NCBI GenBank assembly: GCA_002730095.1
Contig: PBZE01000019.1
Span: forward strand, 9,071 to 73,070
Length of the DNA stretch: 64,000 nucleotides
Origin: Methanobacteriota archaeon
Lineage (GTDB): Archaea > Thermoplasmatota > Poseidoniia > Poseidoniales > Thalassarchaeaceae
Direction: 5' to 3'
Shown here: positions 49,083 to 58,483 of the stretch, piece after piece
Layout of the letters: every line of letters begins with the position of its first letter
Numbering within the stretch: position 1 is the stretch's first letter
Position numbers and translations under genes: made by a program
Notes under the pieces: generated by a model
The model's input: only the letters and a program-made list of their open reading frames with translations
The model's database searches: none
Told to the model about the DNA's origin: nothing

Positions 49083-50372
49083 ATGGAAAGGAGGGTCGTA
49101 CCAGTACTGGTTGTCATCTTTATGCTTACTTCTGGATGTATGTCAGAGCCACCAGATCTAGATGGAGACGGGATACCAGATGGTGAAGACTCTGATATCG
49201 ATGGTGACGGATGGGATAATGATGTCGAGTCTAATTGTAGTACTGATCATCTGATCTCCACCAGTGTTCCATCGGATATTGATGGAGACTTGATCTGCGA
49301 CTTCCTTGATAGTGACGATGATGGTGACCTCTGGGGGGACTCCACAGAGGTAGATTGCTCCACAGATCCACTGGACAATCAATCGGTTCCCGAAGATTAC
49401 GATGAAGATAGGATTTGTGATTCATTGGATCTAGATGCTGACGGTGATGGCCTCCCTAATGATTGGGAGCAAGCCAGAGGTTTGGATTATCTGGACAGTG
49501 AGGACTACATCAGTTGCCATGGAATGAGCGAGTACTGTTTGAGAACTTATGATGATTTTACCTTTGCAGAGGCTCATAATGCCTACTCTACTCCAGAAGA
49601 TGGGATTTTAGCAGGTATAAACCACCTCACTGGTTTGCAAAGCCAATGGGATGATGGCATAAGAGCGTTCATGCTCGATGTATACCACTCACAATGGAGT
49701 AATGAGTCTGAACAAGACATAGTTTTCTGTCATAACATAGGGATATTTGATATGCATCCCTGCCAATTCGGATCGGCTGATGCATTCGTTTGGTTGGATA
49801 ACCTAACCTCTCTGCAAGGAAACACCACAGGCGATATTGTCACTCTACTTTTTGAGAATTACGTTCCAGGAAATCATCTAGAATACCTCCTGTCTGAATC
49901 CGGCATTTTGCAGAGGACCTATTTCCATGAAATTGGAACTGAATGGCCATCGATGGGCGATATGATTCTGTCTGGGAAAAACATAGTAATTTTCGTGCAG
50001 TATGGATATGGCGACGAGTATCCGGAACTAATGTCGGCATGGACGCATACTTGGGATACTCCGTATGGAGAATCTGAACCAGAGGAGATGAGTTGTGAAT
50101 TAGGTAGAGGAGATCTGAATCAGCCTGTATGGCATATGAACAACTGGTTGAACACCATGTCAAGGGCTGATCCAACGAAGGCTACAATAGTAAATGAATA
50201 TCAAACATTACTTGAAAGGGCTTTGTTGTGCTGGGAAACTGTAGGTAATAGGCCGACATTCATTGGTGTTGATTATTGGGAGCAAGGGGAGGTGACTAAT
50301 GTGACAATTACACTCAACAAAATGTCAGATTGGTCTGATGAAATACCGCCTCATCCAGCCTCTGTTACCTGA
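49083..50372 (+). CDS. Lipoprotein with thrombospondin-type-3-like Ca-binding repeats and a PI-PLC-like phosphodiesterase domain
   Basis: Lipobox LTSGC; repeated DxDGD/CD..D.D.D; AHNAYS, GIRAFMLDVY, FCH, LLFENY and PTFIGVDYW. Confidence 0.8.
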   Translation: MERRVVPVLVVIFMLTSGCMSEPPDLDGDGIPDGEDSDIDGDGWDNDVESNCSTDHLISTSVPSDIDGDLICDFLDSDDDGDLWGDSTEVDCSTDPLDNQSVPEDYDEDRICDSLDLDADGDGLPNDWEQARGLDYLDSEDYISCHGMSEYCLRTYDDFTFAEAHNAYSTPEDGILAGINHLTGLQSQWDDGIRAFMLDVYHSQWSNESEQDIVFCHNIGIFDMHPCQFGSADAFVWLDNLTSLQGNTTGDIVTLLFENYVPGNHLEYLLSESGILQRTYFHEIGTEWPSMGDMILSGKNIVIFVQYGYGDEYPELMSAWTHTWDTPYGESEPEEMSCELGRGDLNQPVWHMNNWLNTMSRADPTKATIVNEYQTLLERALLCWETVGNRPTFIGVDYWEQGEVTNVTITLNKMSDWSDEIPPHPASVT

Positions 50373-50384
50373 TTGGGGAGCAAT

Positions 50385-53339
50385 ATGGAAATTCTTCATC
50401 CCAAGGTCCAGGGCCTTATTGATAGTAGGAATTGGAGGCTTTCCTCGATACAGAGTTCATCGATGGAGGATCTAGTCTCTGGACTCGACAGGGTTCTGGT
50501 GTCACCTACTGGGAGTGGGAAAACAGAGGCTGCGATCCTACCTTTGGCATCTAGGTTTCTTACAGAGGGATGGGATGGACTATCCATTCTCTACATTACC
50601 CCCCTGAGGGCTTTGAACAGGGACATTGACAGGAGGCTAGCTGAAATGCTAGAGCCATTAGGCATTACCGTAGGACTGAGACATGGGGATACTACACAGA
50701 AAGAGAGGACTAGGCAGTCTAAGAATCCACCAAATCTACTAGTTACAACTCCAGAGACTGCTCAAATAATGCTTCTCGGAAGTAGATTGAGGAGGCATTT
50801 GTCTGGATTAAACGCAGTGATACTAGATGAAGTGCATGACCTAGCTTCATCCGAGAGAGGCGCTCAACTATTGGTCGCTCTTGAAAGAATCAATGAGTAT
50901 TGTCCAGATAGTTTTCAGAGAATTGGACTCTCTGCGACAGTTGGGAATCCTGACGAGACTGCTAAATGGCTGTCAAAGGAAGCTATAGCAATTATCGGAC
51001 CTTCGCCAAGAACAACTGAGGTACTGGTTCACAGAGAAGTGCCCAATCCTTCGGATGAAGCTGAATCAATTATTTGGTCGAGCTCGCCACATTCAGTTGC
51101 CGCGCATAGAAGACTAGCTAAATCTCTCTCTGAAGACTATCCTGCGTTGGTTTTCGTGAACTCGCGCAATGCAGCAGAATCGGTTTCTCAGCGCCTAAGG
51201 GGGATTGATCCGGATTTGAAATTGGGCGTCCATCATGGAAGTCTAGCCGCCGAGACTAGGATGGAAATGGAGGAAAGCCTGAGAAACGGAATTTTGAATG
51301 CTATAGTTTGTACTAGTAGTCTCGAGCTCGGTATAGACATTGGTTCAATTAAGAGAGTCCACCAAATACAGAGCCCTAGAGCTGTTGATCGACTTCTCCA
51401 AAGAATGGGGAGAGCGGAGCATAATATCGGTGGAACAGGAAGGGGGGAATTACTAGCTTGGGAAACTGACGAAGTCGCTGAAGGAGCAGTAATTGCTAGA
51501 AAGGCCATGTCCGGAGAAATAGAAGGTGTTGAATGGAGAAACAATCCGGGAATAGTTGCCGCAAATCAGTTTATGCAGATGTCAATCGAGAGAGGAGTAG
51601 TTCCGATTTGCTTGGCAACAGAAATTATAGCAAGATGCTCAATATTCAAGAAATGGAGTAGGGCAGATACTGTCTCTCTACTGAAAGTACTTAGTGACAG
51701 GTGGATGATAAATTTCGTAGAGTCGCCGAGTGATTCTGACGTTACTTCATGGCCACGTAAGCTTTGGTCTGAATTGGTGAAAATTACCGAAGGTGATGCT
51801 CCTCTGGAGAGGCCGGGGTGGGATGAAGAAATTGATGATACTAAGAAAGAACGATGGAGGAGGCAGCTTGTATCGGGCCTCCCAGAGGCTCTGAAGAAGG
51901 GATGGTTCTCACCTTCATCCAGACTCGGTAAAAATCGAGTTGACCATATCTCGATGATTCCCGATGAGCTATCTTACAGAGTTAGAGACGCGGTGGGAAG
52001 GGGCGTCTTAGGTTCTGTGGACGAGGCTTTCGTCTTGTCCCTAGGGGGAGAAGACGAGGGCGGTGGAAAGAGAAGTAGGACTTTCGTGATGGCTGGAAGA
52101 ACCTGGCAAATTGTCGATGCAGATCCGGATCAAGAGGAGATTCTGGTTATCCCAATCAATGATTCTGGTGAAGTTCCTGTATGGTCAGGAGAGTTGCCAC
52201 CTGTTCCGATTGAAGTCGCCATGGAAGTCGGGATGCTGAGAAGATCGATTGCTGTAGCCATAGGTGCTTCCAATGGTGAAGCTCGGGAACTTGGTGAATA
52301 CCCCCTATCCGATGAGGCGCGCAATCACCTCATCAGTACTGTGACAGAACATTACGATTCATCAGGAATAATTCCAGATGAGAATACCGTAACAGTTTCA
52401 GAAGGTGATGGAGCAATAATTGTGAATACTTGCAGGGGCTCTAGAGTGAACGAAACACTTGGCCATCTCCTACAAGCTATGGGATCTTTGAAGGATGGAA
52501 AGATGGGCAGGTCAACAATTGATCCATATAGAATCTCCCTCCAAGTCCCATCACTATCCGCGGACGATGTTGTAAACCTTCTCAAAGAAACACCAGCCTC
52601 ATCGATTCCTTCGATAATGTGGATGACCATCCCCAATGGCAGAGCAATTAGATGGAGGGTGGTCCAAGTTGCTAGGAAGATGGGGATTCTACAGAAGGGC
52701 ACCGATCCAAGGAAGGTTAATCTCGAGGGTTTAATGCAAAGATACAGGGGGACTCCGGTCATCGAGGAGTCTCTCGAGAAGCTCTTCCACGAGAGGATGG
52801 ATATCGATGGAACTCAGGATCTTTTTCGACAAATATCCAATGGCGAGGTAGAAGTTCATCGAACCGCACCAGGGAGGCTTGGAAGGTCTCCGAGAGCAGA
52901 GATGGACTTGTTGCTTCCAGCATGGAGCGATATCGAGATTAGAGAGAGGCTAGAGACTCGTTTACTCAATGAGAGGGCAATTCTGATTTGTCTTAATTGT
53001 GAAGGCAAAACTAGGAGGAGAGTCGCGAGGATGGAACAGATCTCGCCTTGTTCAACCTGTGGAGGAACCATGCAGGCCTGTGCACCAGAAAGATTGGAAA
53101 AAATCCTACTAGATAGGATACGAAGTTCTGATGTGAAGACTAAAGGTAAGGTCCAGAGGAATGCCGAGCTTGTCAGAACGCATGGTCAAGATGCGATTTT
53201 GTGCCTGATGGGCAGAGGGGTCGGGGAGGAGACAGCAACTAGAATTTTGAGAGGGCCTCCTGGAGATAGGGTCAGATTACTACGATCCATTCATAACTCG
53301 GAGTTGCAATATGCTAGGACTCGTCCATTCTGGCGCTAG
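50385..53339 (+). CDS. lhr: Lhr-family DEAD/DEAH-box helicase
   Basis: SPTGSGKT, YITPLRALNRD, DEVH, SAT, HHGSL, LELGID, QRMGRA and C-terminal CxxC..CxxC. Confidence 0.93.
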   Translation: MEILHPKVQGLIDSRNWRLSSIQSSSMEDLVSGLDRVLVSPTGSGKTEAAILPLASRFLTEGWDGLSILYITPLRALNRDIDRRLAEMLEPLGITVGLRHGDTTQKERTRQSKNPPNLLVTTPETAQIMLLGSRLRRHLSGLNAVILDEVHDLASSERGAQLLVALERINEYCPDSFQRIGLSATVGNPDETAKWLSKEAIAIIGPSPRTTEVLVHREVPNPSDEAESIIWSSSPHSVAAHRRLAKSLSEDYPALVFVNSRNAAESVSQRLRGIDPDLKLGVHHGSLAAETRMEMEESLRNGILNAIVCTSSLELGIDIGSIKRVHQIQSPRAVDRLLQRMGRAEHNIGGTGRGELLAWETDEVAEGAVIARKAMSGEIEGVEWRNNPGIVAANQFMQMSIERGVVPICLATEIIARCSIFKKWSRADTVSLLKVLSDRWMINFVESPSDSDVTSWPRKLWSELVKITEGDAPLERPGWDEEIDDTKKERWRRQLVSGLPEALKKGWFSPSSRLGKNRVDHISMIPDELSYRVRDAVGRGVLGSVDEAFVLSLGGEDEGGGKRSRTFVMAGRTWQIVDADPDQEEILVIPINDSGEVPVWSGELPPVPIEVAMEVGMLRRSIAVAIGASNGEARELGEYPLSDEARNHLISTVTEHYDSSGIIPDENTVTVSEGDGAIIVNTCRGSRVNETLGHLLQAMGSLKDGKMGRSTIDPYRISLQVPSLSADDVVNLLKETPASSIPSIMWMTIPNGRAIRWRVVQVARKMGILQKGTDPRKVNLEGLMQRYRGTPVIEESLEKLFHERMDIDGTQDLFRQISNGEVEVHRTAPGRLGRSPRAEMDLLLPAWSDIEIRERLETRLLNERAILICLNCEGKTRRRVARMEQISPCSTCGGTMQACAPERLEKILLDRIRSSDVKTKGKVQRNAELVRTHGQDAILCLMGRGVGEETATRILRGPPGDRVRLLRSIHNSELQYARTRPFWR

Positions 53340-53372
53340 AAAGCCCTATTTCTTGTATGCCTTCCGAGAGGT

Positions 53373-53924
53373 GTGCTTGTCGGACTAACTGGCCGTAACG
53401 CTTCAGGTAAAACCACTGTGGTCAATTGGTTTTCTTCGAAGGGAGTGAAGACTACTTCGTGCTCAGATTCCATCAGGTCTTGGCTCTCGGAGCAGGGAAT
53501 CCAAGAGAGTAGGGACACACTGATTGAGGGAGGGAGGGAGCTTCGCAGAAGAGGAGGAGCGGGCATTCTTGCGGAAATGCTGCTAGAGTCCTTGGGCGGC
53601 GAAGATGCCGTGATTGATTCAATTAGAACTCCTGGTGAAGTAGAGGCACTCAGAGAGAGGAGTGATTTTATTCTAATTGAGATAAGAGCTGGTGTTGATT
53701 CTAGATGGAAGAGATCACAAGATAGGGGGAGAATAGGTGACCCCACAGAGAAGGCGAAATTTCTTGCACAGGAGAAGACTGAGGAAGTAGCTGTGGATGA
53801 TGCTGGACAGGCCCTAAACGCTACTGCAGCCATGTGCGATATGGTTATCATTAACGAAGGAGGAATCGAGGACTTGTATTCTGATTTGGAAGACCTATGG
53901 CCGACACTCACTAAACTTGCCTGA
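53373..53924 (+). CDS. P-loop nucleotide kinase (COG0237 / dephospho-CoA-kinase-like)
   Basis: VGLTGRNASGKTT, SDSIR, VIDSIRTPGE and R.GD. Confidence 0.78.
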   Translation: MLVGLTGRNASGKTTVVNWFSSKGVKTTSCSDSIRSWLSEQGIQESRDTLIEGGRELRRRGGAGILAEMLLESLGGEDAVIDSIRTPGEVEALRERSDFILIEIRAGVDSRWKRSQDRGRIGDPTEKAKFLAQEKTEEVAVDDAGQALNATAAMCDMVIINEGGIEDLYSDLEDLWPTLTKLA

Positions 53925-54348
53925 CGCTTACCTTAGCTTCGGACATCATTGACATGGCAATCGCGAAGTCATCCTGCCACCTGTCTGGTATGTCCAACTC
54001 CTTTGGAAAAACTACTTCCTCAATACCTGCTTGAATTAGAGACCTAGTGCATCTAGAACAGGGTGGCCAAGTTACATAGGCAGTATTGCCCTTTAGGGAG
54101 ACGCCGACTCTCGCGGCATGCATAATTGCATTCTCCTCTGCATGACAAATTAGCGGGTACTTCTGAGCCCTGTCCGAAAGTCTTCCATTGTCATCCTCTA
54201 TTCCTCTTGGGAAACCATTGAATCCAGTTGACCTGATCTCTCTATCTTCGCCCACCACTACACATCCAACCTTCGTTGAAGGGTCCTTACTCCACAGTGA
54301 GATGTGTTTTGCTAACTCCAAGAATCTCTTATCCCACTTGTCACTCAT
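53911..54348 (-). CDS. dCMP deaminase
   Basis: WSKDPSTKVG, TGFNGFPRG, HAEENAI and PPCSRC; GGTGA SD upstream of ATG 54348. Confidence 0.92.
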   Translation of the reverse strand: MSDKWDKRFLELAKHISLWSKDPSTKVGCVVVGEDREIRSTGFNGFPRGIEDDNGRLSDRAQKYPLICHAEENAIMHAARVGVSLKGNTAYVTWPPCSRCTRSLIQAGIEEVVFPKELDIPDRWQDDFAIAMSMMSEAKVSVRQV

Positions 54349-54358
54349 TTCGTCACCT

Positions 54359-54679
54359 CTATCTTCCACTTGGGGGGTCGTTATCTCTGTTGGCCTCGGT
54401 CCTGTTCTCGTCGTAACCTTCCCAGAGTTCTGGATTATTATAGCAATCGGGATCATCCTGATCAGCTTGCCCTCCATTGTCGTTGTCAATCCCGTCGCCG
54501 CAATTTCCTGATTTGTCGGATACAGGATTGAGAATACTCTCTCCTGCTTCGGTAGTCAAGAGAGCCAGCAATACCCCTGAGAGGACTATTACTAGGGAGA
54601 TCAAAATAACCTTGGAAGCAGTATCCCTGGATTCCACTACTACTTTTATTTCCGGCTTGGACTCACTCTTACCTGACAT
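54359..54679 (-). CDS. Small membrane-anchored protein with a CxDGxDNDxxGxxDxxDPxC Ca-binding motif
   Basis: One TM followed by CGDGIDNDNGGQADQDDPDC. Confidence 0.7.
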   Translation of the reverse strand: MSGKSESKPEIKVVVESRDTASKVILISLVIVLSGVLLALLTTEAGESILNPVSDKSGNCGDGIDNDNGGQADQDDPDCYNNPELWEGYDENRTEANRDNDPPSGR

Positions 54680-54716
54680 CGATGGGTTACGAGGAGAGGT
54701 CATCGTACTTGGCTTC

Positions 54717-55934
54717 TTAGTGGATTGTCATTACTTTTCTAGTATCCATGCCTCTATCGGTTGCTACTTTAGAAATAATTTCGCCCATTAGGTATATGCT
54801 TCCAGTTACTAGTAACGTACCACTGCCCTGAAGTGCTAACTTCAAGCTCTCCCCTAGTGCTAATGAGGGGTCTGCTATCGGAATAGCGAGCTTGATCGAG
54901 GGGCATTCAGAAAGAATGGTCTCGATCAAGACCTCGGGGGAGACAGAAGGCTTCCTTCCTGACTTAACCTGTGTGATGATTACCTTTGGTGGCGTTTCTC
55001 TTTCGACTATCGCTCTTGAGAGGGCCTTCATAGTTTCTTGAATCTCATCCTTCTCAATCATAGCCATCAGAATTACTTCGATATTTGGCGTTTCTCTGAT
55101 ATCATTCTCCATGCTCTCCGGATTATGGGCGGCACTGAACTTCAAATCAACACCCTCGAACCATGAGGACCCAAATCCGGGAGACCGACCGGGCCATACA
55201 CAATCCAAGGGATCATTTTTCCAGCCAAAGTAATCAGAAACCATTGAGACAATTTGCGAGTATGCATTCCATTTACTGAGATCGCTTCGCAAGGTGACCC
55301 ATCGGAGATCGTTTCCAGCCTTCCCTTCTATTATTCTCTGAACTTCTGGCCTTTCTGGCATAATTGATATCAATGGAAATCCAGGCCTATGGATGGCTGC
55401 CTTCTCTCTTGCGATTTCTTCGATTGTCTCCCCCAAATATTCAGAGTGGTCCATTGAGATGGTAGTCAGTATGGCCATGTCTGCCTCAACAAGTCTTGTC
55501 GCGTCCATTCGTCCTCCCATTCCTGTCTCGATAATCGCTCTTTCGACTCCAAAATCACTGAAAATGACCATTGAGGCAAGAAAGGTGGTCTCGAAGTAAG
55601 TGGGGGAAATGGGAGGGTTCTGCTCCGAGGCCGCCATGACTTTGGCCAGTGCCTCGTCAAAATGTAGTGGGTGGATTGGTTCTCCATCGATCCTAATCCT
55701 TTCTTCGACCATCACAAGATGTGGAGATGTGAATAATCCTGTCTTGGCCCCATTGGCAGTAGACGCTGCGGATAACTGGGCGCAAAGAGACCCCTTTCCA
55801 TTCGTTCCTGCTACATGTATTGAGGGAAATGATAACTGTGGATTCCCCAGTCTAGAGAGGATTTCAATTGTATTTTCCAGTCCTAGCTTGATACCCATAT
55901 TTGTCCTGTCCTCGAACCAAGTGCGGCTAGACAT
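54717..55934 (-). CDS. folC: Folylpolyglutamate/dihydrofolate synthase
   Basis: IHVAGTNGKGS, FTSPHL, ETGMGGRMDAT, SMDH..YLG, WPGR, AAHN and TGSIYL. Confidence 0.9.
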   Translation of the reverse strand: MSSRTWFEDRTNMGIKLGLENTIEILSRLGNPQLSFPSIHVAGTNGKGSLCAQLSAASTANGAKTGLFTSPHLVMVEERIRIDGEPIHPLHFDEALAKVMAASEQNPPISPTYFETTFLASMVIFSDFGVERAIIETGMGGRMDATRLVEADMAILTTISMDHSEYLGETIEEIAREKAAIHRPGFPLISIMPERPEVQRIIEGKAGNDLRWVTLRSDLSKWNAYSQIVSMVSDYFGWKNDPLDCVWPGRSPGFGSSWFEGVDLKFSAAHNPESMENDIRETPNIEVILMAMIEKDEIQETMKALSRAIVERETPPKVIITQVKSGRKPSVSPEVLIETILSECPSIKLAIPIADPSLALGESLKLALQGSGTLLVTGSIYLMGEIISKVATDRGMDTRKVMTIH

Positions 55935-55984
55935 AGGATAATTCCTGCGCTGTTAAGCAGTAGGCGCGAACGGGTCAAGGTGAT

Positions 55985-57097
55985 ATGGCCCTTGAACTTC
56001 GTGCAAGCATGACCGAGGGGGGCGGAGGTGTTGTGCTAGCCGCAATGAGGGAGCAATGGGCCTCTATGACAGGAATGGCGTGCATGTTTGTATCCACTAT
56101 CCTCATCGGCCTAAGCATTCAACCGATATACAACGTTCCCGAGGCTAGGGCTTTCGGAGAGGAGGGGGCTAGCACAGCTAGTTTCGTGTTGTTCGAACTG
56201 ATCATGATTGGCGTATTCACCGTTGCGATAATTTGGTTGGCGAGAAGAAACTTTGACCTTATGATCACACTTATTGTTTATTTCGCCCTTTCCATGAGTT
56301 TATTCTACGCAATCCAACCTTACATCGCCTTGCCTTTCTGGTTAGTTGGTTGGGAGTGGATGTTGGGTCTGAATGTAGCTCTGATTTCAGTGGCACTCAG
56401 TTTAGGCTTGATGATACTTCTGTACCGTTTCCCAGAGTGGTATGTCGTAAATGGAGTAGGTGTCCTAGTTGGAGCTGGAGTCGTCACACTCATAGGCGTG
56501 TCTTTCGTTCCAGTATTGATAATTGGATTCATGGTTGCAGCGGCTATTTACGACCACTGGGCTGTCAATGGGAGCAAGCACATGCTAGAACTGGCTGACA
56601 CTATGATTGGACTGAAGCTTCCAGTCCTCCTCGTGGCCCCCAAGAGTGCTAATTACTCATTCATCGATGAAGAGGACAGTGTCATGGGTGAAGACAGGGG
56701 CGAAACGAGAGATCAGATAGACTGGGACGATCCGGTGCCTCATCTAGAGAATGTAAAGGTGAAGAAGGAGGGCAGAGATGCCCTTTTTATGGGCCTAGGA
56801 GATGTTATATTCCCAGGAATGCTAGTCATATCATCGGTCTCATTCCTACCTCAAACCGGAGGAGAAGTCACTTATTTCAGCGCTTTTGGAGTCATGTATG
56901 CCGATCCTTTGATTGTGGCATTGGGCACCTTGTTTGGTGGACTGTTAGGATATTTCGCACTAATGACACAAGTAGCTATGGGTAAGCCACAGGCGGGCCT
57001 TCCATTGTTGAATGGGGGCTCCATTCTAGGATACCTAGTATCCGGATATTTCGCCCTCGGAATAGGAAATCTTTGGCAAGACATCACGTTCTTCTGA
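55985..57097 (+). CDS. Presenilin/SPP-family intramembrane aspartyl protease (A22)
   Basis: IYDHWAV..SKHM, FMGLGD and PQAGLP.LNGG. Confidence 0.92.
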   Translation: MALELRASMTEGGGGVVLAAMREQWASMTGMACMFVSTILIGLSIQPIYNVPEARAFGEEGASTASFVLFELIMIGVFTVAIIWLARRNFDLMITLIVYFALSMSLFYAIQPYIALPFWLVGWEWMLGLNVALISVALSLGLMILLYRFPEWYVVNGVGVLVGAGVVTLIGVSFVPVLIIGFMVAAAIYDHWAVNGSKHMLELADTMIGLKLPVLLVAPKSANYSFIDEEDSVMGEDRGETRDQIDWDDPVPHLENVKVKKEGRDALFMGLGDVIFPGMLVISSVSFLPQTGGEVTYFSAFGVMYADPLIVALGTLFGGLLGYFALMTQVAMGKPQAGLPLLNGGSILGYLVSGYFALGIGNLWQDITFF

Positions 57098-57150
57098 TGA
57101 TTTCTCCCGATTCCTTGAAAGTCGATAGTGATGTGGAGGAGTCGATAATT

Positions 57151-58437
57151 GTGCTAGACATTACCATGTTCCGTGAAAATGCGGACCTCATTAGGGCTGA
57201 TCACGATAGGAGAGGGATTCCTCACGACTCGATAGATGAAATAATCAGACTTGATGAGGAATGGCGAAAATCACAGTATGATGCTGATCAGATAAGAAGA
57301 GAGAGGAACGTAGCTGCGAAGGGCATTGCAGAAGCGAAGAAGTCTGGTGATTCTGTCAGAGCGGAGGAGATTCTGTCGGAAGTAGCCGATCTGGGAGAGC
57401 GAATCGCAGAACTAGGCGCAATAGCCGATGAGTGTCTCCGAGAGAGGGATAGTCTGAGAATGAAGGTTCCAAACATCCTACATCCAGATGTACCGATTGG
57501 AGAAGACGATCAGAAGAATACGCTCCATAGCCTCCATGGGGACAAGCCGAGTCTTGATTTCGAACCTAGGAACCATAACGACATGATTGAGATGAACGGC
57601 TGGGTTGACCAGGCGAGAGGCGCGAAAGTCGCAGGTAGTAGATTCTACTTCATGCAAGGAGATCTAGCTCGAATGGAAATGGCTCTGCAACAATACTCTG
57701 CTGATTTCTTGATAGAAAGGGGCTACACCCTAGTACAGCCTCCTTTGATGATGAACAGGGAGGCATATGAAGGAGTGACCGATCTATCTGACTTCGAGAC
57801 GGTAATGTATGGAATCGAGCCAGATAGCTACTACCTTATTGCTACTAGCGAACATCCTCTAACAGCAATGAGGATGGATGAAGTGATTGAGCCAAATGAG
57901 CTCCCTATCAAACTCGTTGGAGTTTCTCCGTGCTTTCGAAGGGAGGTGGGTGCCCATGGACTATCAGATAGGGGAATCTGGAGGGTTCATCAATTCACGA
58001 AGGTCGAGCAGATAGTTATCTGCCATCCAGATGATTCGTGGGGCCATCATGAGGAGTTGCTGCAGAATGCTGTAGATCTCTGGGACAGCCTAGGCTTGCA
58101 TTACAGGGTGGTGAATATCTGTACAGGAGACATGGGGACTGTCGCTGCGAAGAAATACGACCTTGAGGCTTGGTTGCCGGGTGCCGATTCCTACAAGGAG
58201 GTTGTTTCGTGCTCCAACTGCACCGACTATCAGGCTAACAGACTCAAGATTAGATTTAGAACGAATGAGGGGAATGAATCTGTCCATACACTGAATTCCA
58301 CAGCGGTGGCAACGAGTAGGGCATTGGTCGCCATAATGGAGCAGAACCAATTAGAGGACGGCAGAGTCTCGGTTCCTGAAGTCCTGAGGCCTTACATGGG
58401 TGGGCAAGAAATATTGGAAAAACTCAGCAGTCTATGA
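57151..58437 (+). CDS. serS: Seryl-tRNA synthetase (bacterial/standard type)
   Basis: LDI...REN, LIATSEH, CFRRE, RVHQFTKVEQ, SCSNCTDYQ and HTLNST; GGAGG upstream of the GTG. Confidence 0.97.
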   Translation: MLDITMFRENADLIRADHDRRGIPHDSIDEIIRLDEEWRKSQYDADQIRRERNVAAKGIAEAKKSGDSVRAEEILSEVADLGERIAELGAIADECLRERDSLRMKVPNILHPDVPIGEDDQKNTLHSLHGDKPSLDFEPRNHNDMIEMNGWVDQARGAKVAGSRFYFMQGDLARMEMALQQYSADFLIERGYTLVQPPLMMNREAYEGVTDLSDFETVMYGIEPDSYYLIATSEHPLTAMRMDEVIEPNELPIKLVGVSPCFRREVGAHGLSDRGIWRVHQFTKVEQIVICHPDDSWGHHEELLQNAVDLWDSLGLHYRVVNICTGDMGTVAAKKYDLEAWLPGADSYKEVVSCSNCTDYQANRLKIRFRTNEGNESVHTLNSTAVATSRALVAIMEQNQLEDGRVSVPEVLRPYMGGQEILEKLSSL

Positions 58438-58483
58438 GTACTTGGAAATCATACAATGTCACTGGATGATGAGATATAATACA

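Noticed and set aside
49160-49500. Repetitive GAT/GAC/GGT-rich DNA as a possible CRISPR or tandem repeat
   Set aside because: Explained by Asp/Gly-rich protein repeats; no identical nucleotide repeats with spacers.
50370-50387. In-frame TGA between the PLC lipoprotein and Lhr (read-through or selenocysteine)
   Set aside because: An exported lipoprotein fused to a cytoplasmic helicase is implausible. Lhr has its own GGGGAG-preceded ATG and there is no Sec context.
44277-53339. Macrodomain, nuclease and helicase as an anti-phage defence system
   Set aside because: The nuclease has canonical Hjc motifs, Lhr is a core archaeal helicase 5 kb away, and the context is housekeeping with no mobility signs.
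53336-53911. 191-aa antisense ORF and the many similar shadow ORFs (e.g. 36827-37339, 59664-60155)
   Set aside because: Ser/Ile/Pro-rich mirror translations of well-supported genes on the opposite strand, with no motifs.
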